DNA of 32,780 nt. Source: a virus. Positions 1 through 7,986 of the stretch are shown piece by piece. Location: UHGV virus genome UHGV-0305798; one strand, 5' to 3'. The notes under the pieces were generated by a model. The model was not told where the DNA came from and ran no database searches. It saw nothing but the letters and a program-made list of their open reading frames with translations. Numbering within the stretch: position 1 is the first letter of the stretch; each line of letters opens with the position of its first letter. The translations under genes were made by a program, and so were the position numbers.

Positions 1-315
1 GCCGAACACTGTTTTTTGCCCACTCTCCTTTTTCGATCCGACGACCAGAACGGACTGAGATACCAGCCTTCATGGCCGAGATATGCTGAGTTATACCTTT
101 CTTACGCTGAGTCATATAGTAACTGACCTGAGAAGTATTGAGCGTCACGCCATTTCCTGTTGGATCATGTAAATGACACTCAGGTTACAAAACCGGCCAG
201 AATAATCGGCGCCAGGCGGACTGAGTTATTGTCGTCTCATAGCGGATCTTCGTTCTCCGTTTTCTTGAGTCATGAGAAGCGTCATAAATGCTGCTCGAAA
301 CAGTGTTCCAACATA

Positions 316-624
316 ATGCGTTCTTCTCTGATGAAGGGGGAAGGAAATCCAAACTGGTCTGGTGGATTATCGAGATTGCCGTATCCGTGGGATTTCCGAG
401 AAACGAGCAAGAGGGTTATTGAGCGAGATGGTTTTACTTGTCAGAACCCAGGTTGTGATGGAACAGACAAAAGGCTAACAACTCATCACATCAATTACGA
501 CAAGCAAGACTGTCGTCAGGAGAACCTTATTTGCCTTTGTTCGAGCTGTAACTCGAAGGCTAATTTCGGTCGGCATAAGTGGCAAAAGTTTTATGAATCA
601 CTGATGAAAAATAGATCGGCATGA
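316..624 (+). CDS. HNH endonuclease (phage-type)
   Basis: ORF 160..624 carries Cys/His motifs typical of HNH nucleases (GFTCQNPGCDG...THHINYDKQDC...LCSSCNSKANF) and an NPNWSGG block. Position 160 is TTG; first in-frame ATG is at 316 (MRSSLMKGEGNPNW), so start is uncertain (160, 316 or 331). Confidence 0.6.
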   Translation: MRSSLMKGEGNPNWSGGLSRLPYPWDFRETSKRVIERDGFTCQNPGCDGTDKRLTTHHINYDKQDCRQENLICLCSSCNSKANFGRHKWQKFYESLMKNRSA

Positions 625-685
625 ATCGACGATCTTTTTAGTTATCAATGTTATCAATAAGTTATGTGGATAAGCGAGGGTAAAG

Positions 686-1210
686 ATGGAAAGTAATATC
701 AAAGGGTTAGTTGCCGCCGGGCATGAGATGGCTTCGGAACTGAAAGCAGAATGTGGTGCCGTTGATATGCGCAGTGTGGCAAAGCTGATCAGCGATTTGG
801 CAACGCAACTGGAAGTGCAACTGGTGCGTGCTAATGCGCTGGCCGAAGACCAGCAGAAAGCGATTGAGTCAATTAAGCAGGCTGATGCAGCTGTTAAGTT
901 GGCACACGAGAAGTTTTCGGCGCTGGCAGCGGAGAATGCGGGGCTGAAACATGCAATGGCTGTAACTCTTGAGCATGTGTCGGTCACGGATGCAGGGCAG
1001 GCCGGAGTTGCTGCAATGATTATCAACGATGCCCTGCACCACAGCGAAACTCCAGCCACCGATGCTTTTCTGGCTGAAATTGAACGCAAAGCAATCCGCA
1101 AGTTCATTAACAGCATTGAACACATCCTGCGTGACAAGTTGTCACCGTATGACACCGAAGAGATGCTTGAGGCTATGCGTATTTTTCTGGAAGAACAGGA
1201 AGGTGAGTAA
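686..1210 (+). CDS. hypothetical phage protein (174 aa)
   Basis: Clean ORF with ATG at 686 preceded by GAGGG at 5 nt spacing; alanine/glutamate-rich, probably helical. No family recognised. Confidence 0.5.
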   Translation: MESNIKGLVAAGHEMASELKAECGAVDMRSVAKLISDLATQLEVQLVRANALAEDQQKAIESIKQADAAVKLAHEKFSALAAENAGLKHAMAVTLEHVSVTDAGQAGVAAMIINDALHHSETPATDAFLAEIERKAIRKFINSIEHILRDKLSPYDTEEMLEAMRIFLEEQEGE

Positions 1211-1212
1211 AA

Positions 1213-1524
1213 ATGACGATCACAAAACAACGTGTAGAAGAAATCATATCCCGTATTGAAATGTATGGGCATGGTGCCGGGTATACCGCTGATGAGGTTT
1301 ATGACCTTGCTGTACTGGCGCTGAATTTATCAAATATCGCAAAACTCAAGCGATACGAGCTTGATATGGATGGTTGTGACTCGTTCGGTCAGGATTGTGG
1401 CGCTGACATGACTGAAGATTCTGATGGCGATTATGTCCTGTTTGATGACGTGGTTAAGTTGTTTGAGTTTGATACAACCACTCAGAAGTTAGAAAGCCCA
1501 GCAAAGGAGGCAGCCAGTGAATAA
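1213..1524 (+). CDS. hypothetical acidic protein (103 aa)
   Basis: ATG at 1213 directly after AGGTGAG; tightly packed behind the previous gene; acidic C-terminus. Confidence 0.5.
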   Translation: MTITKQRVEEIISRIEMYGHGAGYTADEVYDLAVLALNLSNIAKLKRYELDMDGCDSFGQDCGADMTEDSDGDYVLFDDVVKLFEFDTTTQKLESPAKEAASE

Positions 1525-2161
1525 CCGCTTTTACATGATGTGCTTGCGTGAAACTGTGGGTAATAACGCTTCATTCCATTGCCATAACGGCAATGGTTAC
1601 AGTTCTGATATCGATCGCGCTCATGTTTACACGCTGGAAGAAGCCCAAAAAGCCTGGAATTGTGGGCGAGATATCGATCAGCCTGTTTGTGCCGATAGTG
1701 TGGATGCAATGGCTGTGTGGCACGTTGATTGCCAGTACATCCCTACAGAAAGCCTGATTGAGTCAGATTGCACTGCGTATGTGGCCTACAAAAAAGGCAG
1801 CTGGAACGGCAACGATGTTTACTGGCTTCAACACGGTGGATTGCCAACAGATGACTTCAGTAAAGCGACCATCTTTAGCGTCGCCAACAAAAACGAACCA
1901 GGAATAGTTTGGTTGCCATTTTCCATTGCTGATGCAGCAAAGCGCCGGACGTTCAATATCAATAACTTTAACCGCAGAACAATGGTTCAGGGCGCAGGTT
2001 TGGTCATGCCTGACTGGTTGAAAGAGCAGAACAGAAGAAAGAAGTCGCGAAGCGGGAAGGTGCGTTGGAATTGTCCGCATTGCGGAAAAATAACCTGGCA
2101 GTACAGCCCATATGATTTTGAAGGCTGTAGTGATTACAACTGTGAAGGATGGCGAGAATGA
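1517..2161 (+). CDS. hypothetical protein with C-terminal Cys cluster (zinc-ribbon-like)
   Basis: GTG start at 1517 preceded by AAGGAGG at 6 nt; overlaps upstream stop by 8 nt. C-terminal CPHCG...CSDYNCEG suggests a zinc ribbon. Confidence 0.55.
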   Translation: MNNRFYMMCLRETVGNNASFHCHNGNGYSSDIDRAHVYTLEEAQKAWNCGRDIDQPVCADSVDAMAVWHVDCQYIPTESLIESDCTAYVAYKKGSWNGNDVYWLQHGGLPTDDFSKATIFSVANKNEPGIVWLPFSIADAAKRRTFNINNFNRRTMVQGAGLVMPDWLKEQNRRKKSRSGKVRWNCPHCGKITWQYSPYDFEGCSDYNCEGWRE

Positions 2162-2880
2162 CAATTGACTATCAGGCACTGCGTGAAAAGGCAGAGAAAG
2201 CAACGTGTGGTGTGTGGTCGCTCGAATATGGAGAGGGACGATTTGATGGTGATGATGCACTAATTCATCGCGAGGTTGCTGGATATATTCCTATTTGCAG
2301 AATTGAAGGAGCGCATCCAGAAAGCCGTTTCTATGAAGATTTCCAAATGGAACAGCAGGCCAATGCTGAATTCATCGCCGCAGCCAATCCAGCTACCGTG
2401 CTGGCACAACTGGATGAAAGGGAAAGAAACCAGCAATACATCAAACGCCGTGACCAGGAGAACGAGGATATTGCGCTTACGGTTGGGAAGCTGCGCGTTG
2501 AGCTTGAAGCAGCAAAATCAAAACTCAACGAGCAGCGCGAGTATTACGAAGGTGTTATCTCGGATGGAAGTAAGCGCATAGCAGAACTGGAAGCGCGGGA
2601 AATAAAACCAGCCAAAGGTGAAGTTCTGGTCGTTGTATCTGGTTTTACTGGTTGCGGAAAAAGCGCCATTGCCGGGGAAATAGAAATCGCGATGAAGGCT
2701 ATTGGTGTACCGGTTAAGTGGACTAATGGCGATGCAGAAAAGCGCATGACTGGCGCTGACTGGCTGACTGCGATTGAGATGTACAAACCAACTGTGCGCA
2801 TCGTGGAAGTTAATGTGCCACGCGCCGCTGGAATTCGCACCAAAGGAGATGCAGGAGAGCAAAGCGATGAAAAACCGTAA
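2158..2880 (+). CDS. Ea22-like coiled-coil protein with C-terminal Walker-A-like motif
   Basis: ATG at 2158 overlaps the upstream stop (ATGA). N-terminal half reads as a charged coiled coil resembling lambdoid Ea22/Ead-family proteins (from recall). C-terminal GFTGCGKS matches the GxxxxGK[ST] P-loop pattern. Alternative start at 2149. Confidence 0.5.
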   Translation: MTIDYQALREKAEKATCGVWSLEYGEGRFDGDDALIHREVAGYIPICRIEGAHPESRFYEDFQMEQQANAEFIAAANPATVLAQLDERERNQQYIKRRDQENEDIALTVGKLRVELEAAKSKLNEQREYYEGVISDGSKRIAELEAREIKPAKGEVLVVVSGFTGCGKSAIAGEIEIAMKAIGVPVKWTNGDAEKRMTGADWLTAIEMYKPTVRIVEVNVPRAAGIRTKGDAGEQSDEKP

Positions 2881-3055
2881 AGCAAAGATTCTGTTAGTTC
2901 GTAGAAACGCTCCTGGCGTCTGGCAGTGGGTGAGACTCAGCAACCGACGGATGGGGTTGATGAAATATTACGGGATGATGGATTGTGGTTTTTGCAAAAA
3001 GCCCAGCGCGGCGCAAAACCGCTGGAAAAACCACTTGCGCACTAAAGGAGAGTGA
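2867..3055 (+). CDS. small hypothetical protein (62 aa)
   Basis: ATG at 2867 inside ORF 2774..3055, overlapping the stop of the upstream gene; basic, Cys-containing. Weak support. Confidence 0.35.
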   Translation: MKNRKAKILLVRRNAPGVWQWVRLSNRRMGLMKYYGMMDCGFCKKPSAAQNRWKNHLRTKGE

Positions 3056-3056
3056 T

Positions 3057-3266
3057 ATGGCTATCGCTGCAAGTTACACCATGCATCTCTATTGTGATTG
3101 CCTCCAGTGTACAGATGGCAAATATAAGTCGCCAGACTTCGGTGAGTATATAGGTACGTCATGGGCTGGCTGTGCAAAAGAGGCGCGCAAGGATGGCTGG
3201 CGAATAAGCAAAGACAAAACGCGTGCTTTTGCGCCCGGGCATAAAGTTTTGAGGATTAACAAATGA
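3057..3266 (+). CDS. small Cys-rich hypothetical protein (69 aa)
   Basis: ATG at 3057 preceded by AAAGGAGAG; CDCLQC motif; packed between neighbours. Confidence 0.45.
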   Translation: MAIAASYTMHLYCDCLQCTDGKYKSPDFGEYIGTSWAGCAKEARKDGWRISKDKTRAFAPGHKVLRINK

Positions 3267-4006
3267 CCACTTTAACCGACAAAGAACTGATTAAAGAAAT
3301 CAAAGAGCGCATAGGTAGCCTGGATGTGAGAGACAATATTGAGCGCCGTGCTTATGAAATTGCTCTGGCATCGCTGGAAGCAAAACCAATAGGTGCATTC
3401 CACATTGCAGAACAGCAAGTTGACGGCACAAGTGACTACCTCAAGGATGGAGAATGGCCTATTGATAATGGAATTATTGAGGTCTACGCCGCTCCCCCCG
3501 TTCCAGTAGTACCGGAAGAAAAACCAATGCCTAACGCTCTAAGCATGCTTGAAAGAGAGATCACACAACTGATTGGTGATGCGCAGGAAGCCACTGTTAC
3601 TGGCTATGAGTTAATCGCTGAAGCTTGGCGTTTGATGGATGGACAAGACCCTAAAACCAGCGATTGGCATAGCAAGGCTTCGAAGTATTTAAATTCCAAT
3701 ATTGTAGAAAAAGTTGATGATGACCGTATTGATGCAATTAAGGCTGTTTTGCGTAGACTGGCTGGCAACTATCCGGTAACTCCGGATGGTTGGATAAGCT
3801 GTAGTGAGCGAATGCCGAAAAAGAATCAGAACGTACTTATTTCGGTGAATTTCGATAGTGATCTGGTTGAGCCGCTAATATGCTCCGCACGCTATACCGG
3901 AAGTACCTTTCGGCGAGGACAAGCAACGATTAAGCCGGGTAATGGTATTGAGCAGGCAACCCACTGGATGCCGCTGCCAGAACCGCCGCAGGAGGTGAAT
4001 CAATGA
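3263..4006 (+). CDS. DUF551-like prophage protein
   Basis: ATG at 3263 preceded by GAGGA. C-terminal block (WISCSERMPK...HWMPLPEPP) resembles the DUF551 domain common in enterobacterial prophages (recall-based). Confidence 0.55.
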   Translation: MTTLTDKELIKEIKERIGSLDVRDNIERRAYEIALASLEAKPIGAFHIAEQQVDGTSDYLKDGEWPIDNGIIEVYAAPPVPVVPEEKPMPNALSMLEREITQLIGDAQEATVTGYELIAEAWRLMDGQDPKTSDWHSKASKYLNSNIVEKVDDDRIDAIKAVLRRLAGNYPVTPDGWISCSERMPKKNQNVLISVNFDSDLVEPLICSARYTGSTFRRGQATIKPGNGIEQATHWMPLPEPPQEVNQ

Positions 4007-4086
4007 GCTGGCCTGATGCAATCGTAACTCTGGGGATGGTATTCGCAGTAGCGTTTGTTGTGTACTCGATTTGTCGATGGGGATAA
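4003..4086 (+). CDS. possible small hydrophobic peptide (27 aa)
   Basis: ATG at 4003 overlaps upstream stop (ATGA); encodes MSWPDAIVTLGMVFAVAFVVYSICRWG, a single predicted transmembrane helix. Below the ORF track length cutoff; speculative. Confidence 0.2.
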   Translation: MSWPDAIVTLGMVFAVAFVVYSICRWG

Positions 4087-4090
4087 CCAC

Positions 4091-4333
4091 ATGTTCGCTT
4101 TGATTCAACGCGGGCAGATATACACCGATAGTGCTGGCTATCCAGTAAAAATCATTCGTAGTACTGATCACTCAGTGTTCTTCAAGAGGATGGATGGCTA
4201 TCCTGGAAGGGTGTGCATCAGAAAATTCAATAATTTATTCGAACACATTGATCACAGAGAATATCACCAGATCCTGGCTGAAACAGAACAGGAGAACCAT
4301 CTGAAAAAATTACGTGCCATGCAAAGGAGATAA
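4091..4333 (+). CDS. hypothetical protein (80 aa)
   Basis: First ATG (4091) within ORF 4055..4333; no family recognised. Confidence 0.45.
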   Translation: MFALIQRGQIYTDSAGYPVKIIRSTDHSVFFKRMDGYPGRVCIRKFNNLFEHIDHREYHQILAETEQENHLKKLRAMQRR

Positions 4334-4368
4334 ACCGGTAAAGGTGTTCGCGATAAAGGTAAATATTG

Positions 4369-4707
4369 ATGGCTAAATCAGCAGCAGAGCGCAAAGCCGC
4401 TCAGAGAGCCAGACAAGCTGCATCTGGTGTGCGTAAGCTGGAAATTGTGCTTGATGCTCAGGAAATTGAAATGCTGGAGCGTAACTGTGCCACGCGTCGC
4501 CCCGGGCGTGCGCCTTACGAATTTGGTGAGTATATAGCGTTACTGATCCGCCAGGATGATGCACGTGTGCGCGGGCGTATAAAATCGATCAGCAGAAAAC
4601 GTTGCGGTAAGTGCGGCGAGAGAGTTCCAGTTAATTCATGCCCGTGTAATGGTGACTCGCAATGCTGGGTGACTAAAGGCTGGCATGAAACGAAATTAAT
4701 AGTGTGA
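4369..4707 (+). CDS. hypothetical basic protein with C-terminal zinc-ribbon (candidate regulator)
   Basis: ATG at 4369 (4366 is TTG). Basic N-terminus, C-terminal CGKCG...CPCNGDSQC. It is the last gene before the terminator and the terminase operon. Confidence 0.5.
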   Translation: MAKSAAERKAAQRARQAASGVRKLEIVLDAQEIEMLERNCATRRPGRAPYEFGEYIALLIRQDDARVRGRIKSISRKRCGKCGERVPVNSCPCNGDSQCWVTKGWHETKLIV

Positions 4708-4715
4708 CATGTCAC
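4704..4715. repeat. 12-bp perfect palindrome GTGACATGTCAC (copy 1)
   Basis: Read directly; overlaps the stop codon of the 4369..4707 gene. Identical copy at 6969..6980. Confidence 0.6.
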
Positions 4716-4756
4716 GAGTAGATTATGCATGATGAATTTGATGGATTTTGAATACT

Positions 4757-4782
4757 GCCGCCAACTATGGCGGCTTTATTTT
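4757..4782 (+). terminator. rho-independent terminator upstream of terminase operon
   Basis: GCCGCCA-acta-TGGCGGC hairpin followed by TTTATTTT. Confidence 0.5.
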
Positions 4783-4793
4783 GCATGGTATTA

Positions 4794-4808
4794 TTACCAC
4801 AACGGTAA
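4794..4808. promoter_or_regulatory. palindromic site TTACC-ACAAC-GGTAA (copy A)
   Basis: Read directly; a half-degenerate second copy (TTACC-ACGGT-GGTTA) follows immediately. Lies 18 bp upstream of the terminase small subunit ATG. Confidence 0.4.
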
Positions 4809-4825
4809 CAATTACCACGGTGGTT

Positions 4826-5422
4826 ATGATGCCTGCTGAACCTAAAACCTATAAACGCAAATCAACGCAATTTAAGCCACTAACAGCAATGCAGGAGGCT
4901 TATTGCCAGTCATACATCAAAACGCCTGAAAACCAGACTCAGGCAGCGATTAACGCAGGATTCTCCCCAAATACAGCGGCAGTTAAAGCCAGTGTCATGA
5001 TGCGCGATGAACGCATTCAAAAACGGATTGCCGAGTTGATGGAGGAGCGCAACAAACGAATGCGCGTCAGTGCTGATTACGTTCTCATGCGCCTGGTGGA
5101 GATCGACCAGATGGACGTGATCGACATCCTCAACGACGATGGGAGCCTTAAACCAATCCGCGAGTGGCCGAAAATCTGGCGCACTACGCTTAGCGGCTTT
5201 GATCTGTCATCGACCATCATGAACATGAACGAGGATTCGATAGAGACAATCCTCAAAAAAATTAAATGGCCTGACAAGGTGAAGAACCTTGAGCTGATTG
5301 GTAAGCATGTTGATGTCAACGCGTTCAAAGAACGCCTGGATGTTAATGTGAATGTGACAATTGCTGATCGCATAGCGGCAGCCAGGAAGAGACTGAAAGA
5401 ACGTCAGGATGGCAATCAGTGA
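4826..5422 (+). CDS. terminase small subunit
   Basis: Contains the TerS-type helix-turn-helix block (LTAMQEAYCQSY...QTQAAINAGFSPNTAAVKAS...IQKRIAELMEER). Start placed at ATG 4826 after GGTGG; the ORF-track start 4748 would add an implausible hydrophobic extension. Overlaps the large subunit start. Confidence 0.8.
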   Translation: MMPAEPKTYKRKSTQFKPLTAMQEAYCQSYIKTPENQTQAAINAGFSPNTAAVKASVMMRDERIQKRIAELMEERNKRMRVSADYVLMRLVEIDQMDVIDILNDDGSLKPIREWPKIWRTTLSGFDLSSTIMNMNEDSIETILKKIKWPDKVKNLELIGKHVDVNAFKERLDVNVNVTIADRIAAARKRLKERQDGNQ

Positions 5423-6894
5423 CAGATACAGCGTTATCTCCTGAAGAGCAGTTGATCGAGGATATTGCAGGGTTCACTCACGATCCGCTTGGCTATGCCC
5501 TCTATGCGTTCCCGTGGGGGGAAGAAGGGACTGAACTGGCACATGCTACCGGCCCACGTCAGTGGCAGGCTGATGCGTTCCGAGAGATACGTGATCACCT
5601 GCAGAATCCAGAGACGCGATATCAGCCGCTTATGCTGGCACGTGCTTCTGGTCACGGTATTGGTAAATCCGCATTCATCTCAATGCTGATCAACTGGGGC
5701 ATGTCCACTTGCGAGGATTGTAAGGTCGTGGTGACCGCCAACACCGACAACCAGCTACGAACGAAGACCTGGCCGGAAATTATCAAGTGGTCAAACCTTG
5801 CTATCACGAAAGACTGGTTTACCTGTACCGCTACCGCGATGTACAGCAATGACCCTGGGCACGACAAGCGGTGGCGAGCTGACGCAATCCCCTGGTCTGA
5901 GCACAACACTGAGGCGTTCGCCGGACTACACAACGAGCGCAAACGCATCATCGTGGTATTCGATGAAGCGTCGAACATTGCGGATCTGGTGTGGGAAGTT
6001 GCTGAGGGTGCGCTTACGGACGAAGACACTGAGATTATCTGGGTAGCGTTCGGAAACCCTACACGTAACACCGGGCGTTTCCGCGAATGTTTCCGCAAAT
6101 ATAAACACCGCTGGAAAACTGCGCAGATTGACAGCCGGACGGTGGAAGGCACTAACAAACAGCAGTTGCAGAAATGGGTTGATGACTACGGGGAAGATAG
6201 CGACTTCGTTAAAATCCGTGTGCGCGGCATATTCCCTGATGCATCTGAATTGCAGTTTATCCCTACCGGTCTTACTGATGAGGCAATGAAACGGGTGGTA
6301 ACCGCTGCGCAGGTTGCACATGCTCCGGTGATAATCGGCGTTGACCCGGCATACTCAGGCGTTGATGACGCGGTGATATACCTGCGGCAGGGGCTGCACA
6401 GTAAGGTGCTATGGACTGGTAACAAGACCACCGACGATCTGATTATGGCGAAGCGTATCGCTGACTTTGAAGACCAGTATCAGGCTGACGCGGTGTTCAT
6501 CGACTTCGGTTACGGAACCGGTTTGAAGTCAATCGGTGATGGCTGGGGACGTACATGGCAACTTGTTCCGTTCGGCGGTGCGTCCACTGACCCGCAGATG
6601 CTTAACAAGCGTGGGGAGATGTTCAACTCATGTAAGACATGGCTGAGGCTGGGCGGCATGCTGGATGACCAGGAAACTGCAGACGACCTGTCAGCGGCAG
6701 AGTACAAAGTTCGTGTGGACGGTAAAATCGTTATCGAACCGAAGGAAGATATCAAGGAGCGGCTTGGGCGTTCGCCGGGTAAAGGCGATGCGCTACTGCT
6801 GACGTTTGCTTTCCCTGTGTCGAAGCGTCTGCGAATTCCTGGGCAGCAGAACCAGCAAGGCAAGGCCATCACAGATTATGACCCGTATGCTTAA
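5419..6894 (+). CDS. terminase large subunit
   Basis: 491 aa with Walker-A-like ATPase motif (ARASGHGIGKS) and C-terminal nuclease-type acidic motifs (VVFDEAS, GVDPAYSG). GTG start at 5419 preceded by AGGATGG. Confidence 0.9.
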   Translation: MTDTALSPEEQLIEDIAGFTHDPLGYALYAFPWGEEGTELAHATGPRQWQADAFREIRDHLQNPETRYQPLMLARASGHGIGKSAFISMLINWGMSTCEDCKVVVTANTDNQLRTKTWPEIIKWSNLAITKDWFTCTATAMYSNDPGHDKRWRADAIPWSEHNTEAFAGLHNERKRIIVVFDEASNIADLVWEVAEGALTDEDTEIIWVAFGNPTRNTGRFRECFRKYKHRWKTAQIDSRTVEGTNKQQLQKWVDDYGEDSDFVKIRVRGIFPDASELQFIPTGLTDEAMKRVVTAAQVAHAPVIIGVDPAYSGVDDAVIYLRQGLHSKVLWTGNKTTDDLIMAKRIADFEDQYQADAVFIDFGYGTGLKSIGDGWGRTWQLVPFGGASTDPQMLNKRGEMFNSCKTWLRLGGMLDDQETADDLSAAEYKVRVDGKIVIEPKEDIKERLGRSPGKGDALLLTFAFPVSKRLRIPGQQNQQGKAITDYDPYA

Positions 6895-6944
6895 TCCGCT
6901 GGTGGGGATAATGTCGTTGATATCCTCTGATGAGGATAAAACAA

Positions 6945-6970
6945 AGCCAGCTCATCGGCTGGCTGTTTGT
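6945..6970. terminator. terminator hairpin after terminase large subunit
   Basis: AGCCAGC-tcatc-GGCTGGCT followed by GTTTGT; a second hairpin (TATCCTC-tgat-GAGGATA) lies just upstream. Sits between convergent genes. Confidence 0.45.
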
Positions 6971-6980
6971 GACATGTCAC
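6969..6980. repeat. 12-bp perfect palindrome GTGACATGTCAC (copy 2)
   Basis: Read directly; identical to 4704..4715, with the same flanking T and G. Confidence 0.6.
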
Positions 6981-6984
6981 GGTG

Positions 6985-7407
6985 TTAGAAGGTTATTTTA
7001 TCGAATGCGGCGTTGATTGCCTTGGCGTCCTGCTCAGCACCAACCACATCAAGTAAAGATCTTTTACTAAGCACTTCAGCCAGGCATTGTAACTTCATGT
7101 TGTATAAGTTTTCGCGCATGTAATCATCATCACTTTTTTCTTTGGCGTATACAGCGCGAGAAATATCAAACACATTGCCTTTTTCCATTTCAGTTTTCTG
7201 CGCTGAAATCCAGTCATGGCAAGTAACTCCTATTCCATGGTCATCGCTAAGCGTTAACCCGGCAAGTCGCTCACCTGGAATTGCTTCACAAAGCATTTCA
7301 TTTCCTGCAAAAACACCATAAAAAATTGAGTCATCACCCTGAACAATGCGTACATATTTGCACGGCCATTCATTTAGATATTTAGCTAGCATGTCGGCTG
7401 TTTTCAT
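6985..7407 (-). CDS. hypothetical protein (140 aa), reverse-strand insert between terminase and portal
   Basis: ATG at 7407 preceded by AAGGTGAG; clean ORF; looks AT-richer than flanking genes by eye; no family recognised. Confidence 0.6.
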   Translation of the reverse strand: MKTADMLAKYLNEWPCKYVRIVQGDDSIFYGVFAGNEMLCEAIPGERLAGLTLSDDHGIGVTCHDWISAQKTEMEKGNVFDISRAVYAKEKSDDDYMRENLYNMKLQCLAEVLSKRSLLDVVGAEQDAKAINAAFDKITF

Positions 7408-7424
7408 GATCTCACCTTAAAAAA

Positions 7425-7448
7425 ATGCCCGGCGAACCGGGCTGTACT
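7425..7448 (-). terminator. rho-independent terminator (minus strand) between tRNA and the 140-aa gene
   Basis: Minus-strand reading GCCCGG-ttcg-CCGGGC followed by ATTTTTTT, immediately upstream of the gene's RBS. Confidence 0.4.
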
Positions 7449-7572
7449 GGTTTACAGCATGAAGTCATCGCAATGGCGTCCTGCTGTAAAAAGGGCGGTG
7501 ATAGTTCTTCAAGGGAAACCATCACCGCCAAGCCCCTGGAACTTCTGGCATCACGGTCCTTAGGCGTGATTC

Positions 7573-7649
7573 TGGCGTGGCATGCAGGATTCGAACCTGC
7601 GACCAACCGCTTAGAAGGCGGTTGCTCTGTCCGACTGAGCTAATGCCAC
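7573..7649 (-). tRNA. tRNA-Arg (anticodon UCU)
   Basis: Minus-strand sequence GTGGCATTAGCTCAGTCGGACAGAGCAACCGCCTTCTAAGCGGTTGGTCGCAGGTTCGAATCCTGCATGCCACGCCA folds as a cloverleaf: 7-bp acceptor stem, D arm, anticodon stem ACCGC/GCGGT with loop CTTCTAA, T loop TTCGAAT, encoded CCA end. Confidence 0.85.
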
Positions 7650-7971
7650 AACGCTGAGAGCACTTAGCCTGTTAAGGCGCCACACTTTGTCGCGGCTCCA
7701 TAAATGCTCTCATCGTTGTACCCTCGTCTCTTCCGAGGCGTCACACCGAATCGCCGGGATGGTGAATCCCCGTGCGCGGAATAAAACCGCTCGACTTGCA
7801 CATTCCGGCTACCTGGTTCGTTTGCCCGAGCAAGGGAGGGTGCCCCTTAAACGTATCCAGACCGCTATCGGCGCATGTGCCATACGCCGTACTGCTCAAA
7901 ATAAAAGCTCACTCCACCTGTTTAATTTAACGACAAGCCAGTCAGGTTAGTAACCAGAATGAGCTCTTTAG

Positions 7972-7986
7972 TTACCTGAAAGGTAA
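7972..7986. promoter_or_regulatory. palindromic site TTACC-TGAAA-GGTAA (copy B)
   Basis: Read directly; about 90 bp upstream of the small ORF and portal operon; 17-mer TTACCTGAAAGGTAATA is identical to copy E. Confidence 0.4.

Noticed and set aside
1-126. Open frames at the left edge on both strands (minus-strand ATG at 115 reading MTQRKKGITQHISAMKAG... out of the window; plus-strand frame ending at TGA 124-126)
   Set aside because: Both strands are open and the fragment is under 40 codons, so I cannot decide which, if either, is a truncated real gene.
160-315. N-terminal extension of the HNH ORF from TTG at 160
   Set aside because: Starts on TTG with no RBS and the extension is not HNH-like; the ATG at 316 is more plausible, though the start remains uncertain.
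598-1272. Long antisense ORFs inside confidently called genes (for example 598..1272 -, 5652..6158 -, 9114..9851 -, 12510..13400 -, 13220..13909 -, 19687..20076 -, 29712..30368 -, 30520..30834 -)
   Set aside because: Each lies opposite a stronger forward-strand gene with good RBS and family motifs and has low-complexity or Cys/Arg/Ser-rich translations typical of shadow ORFs.
4748-4825. ORF-track start of the terminase small subunit at 4748
   Set aside because: Would add an implausible hydrophobic leader and would overlap the terminator and palindromic site; ATG 4826 with GGTGG upstream preferred.
7412-7643. ORFs 7412..7606 (-) and 7425..7643 (+)
   Set aside because: They overlap the tRNA-Arg gene and its terminator hairpins; products are low-complexity. 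Treated as non-coding.
7687-7950. ORF 7687..7950 (+), 87 aa
   Set aside because: Arginine-rich, non-protein-like translation with no RBS, inside a GC-rich structured region; more likely RNA or regulatory sequence.
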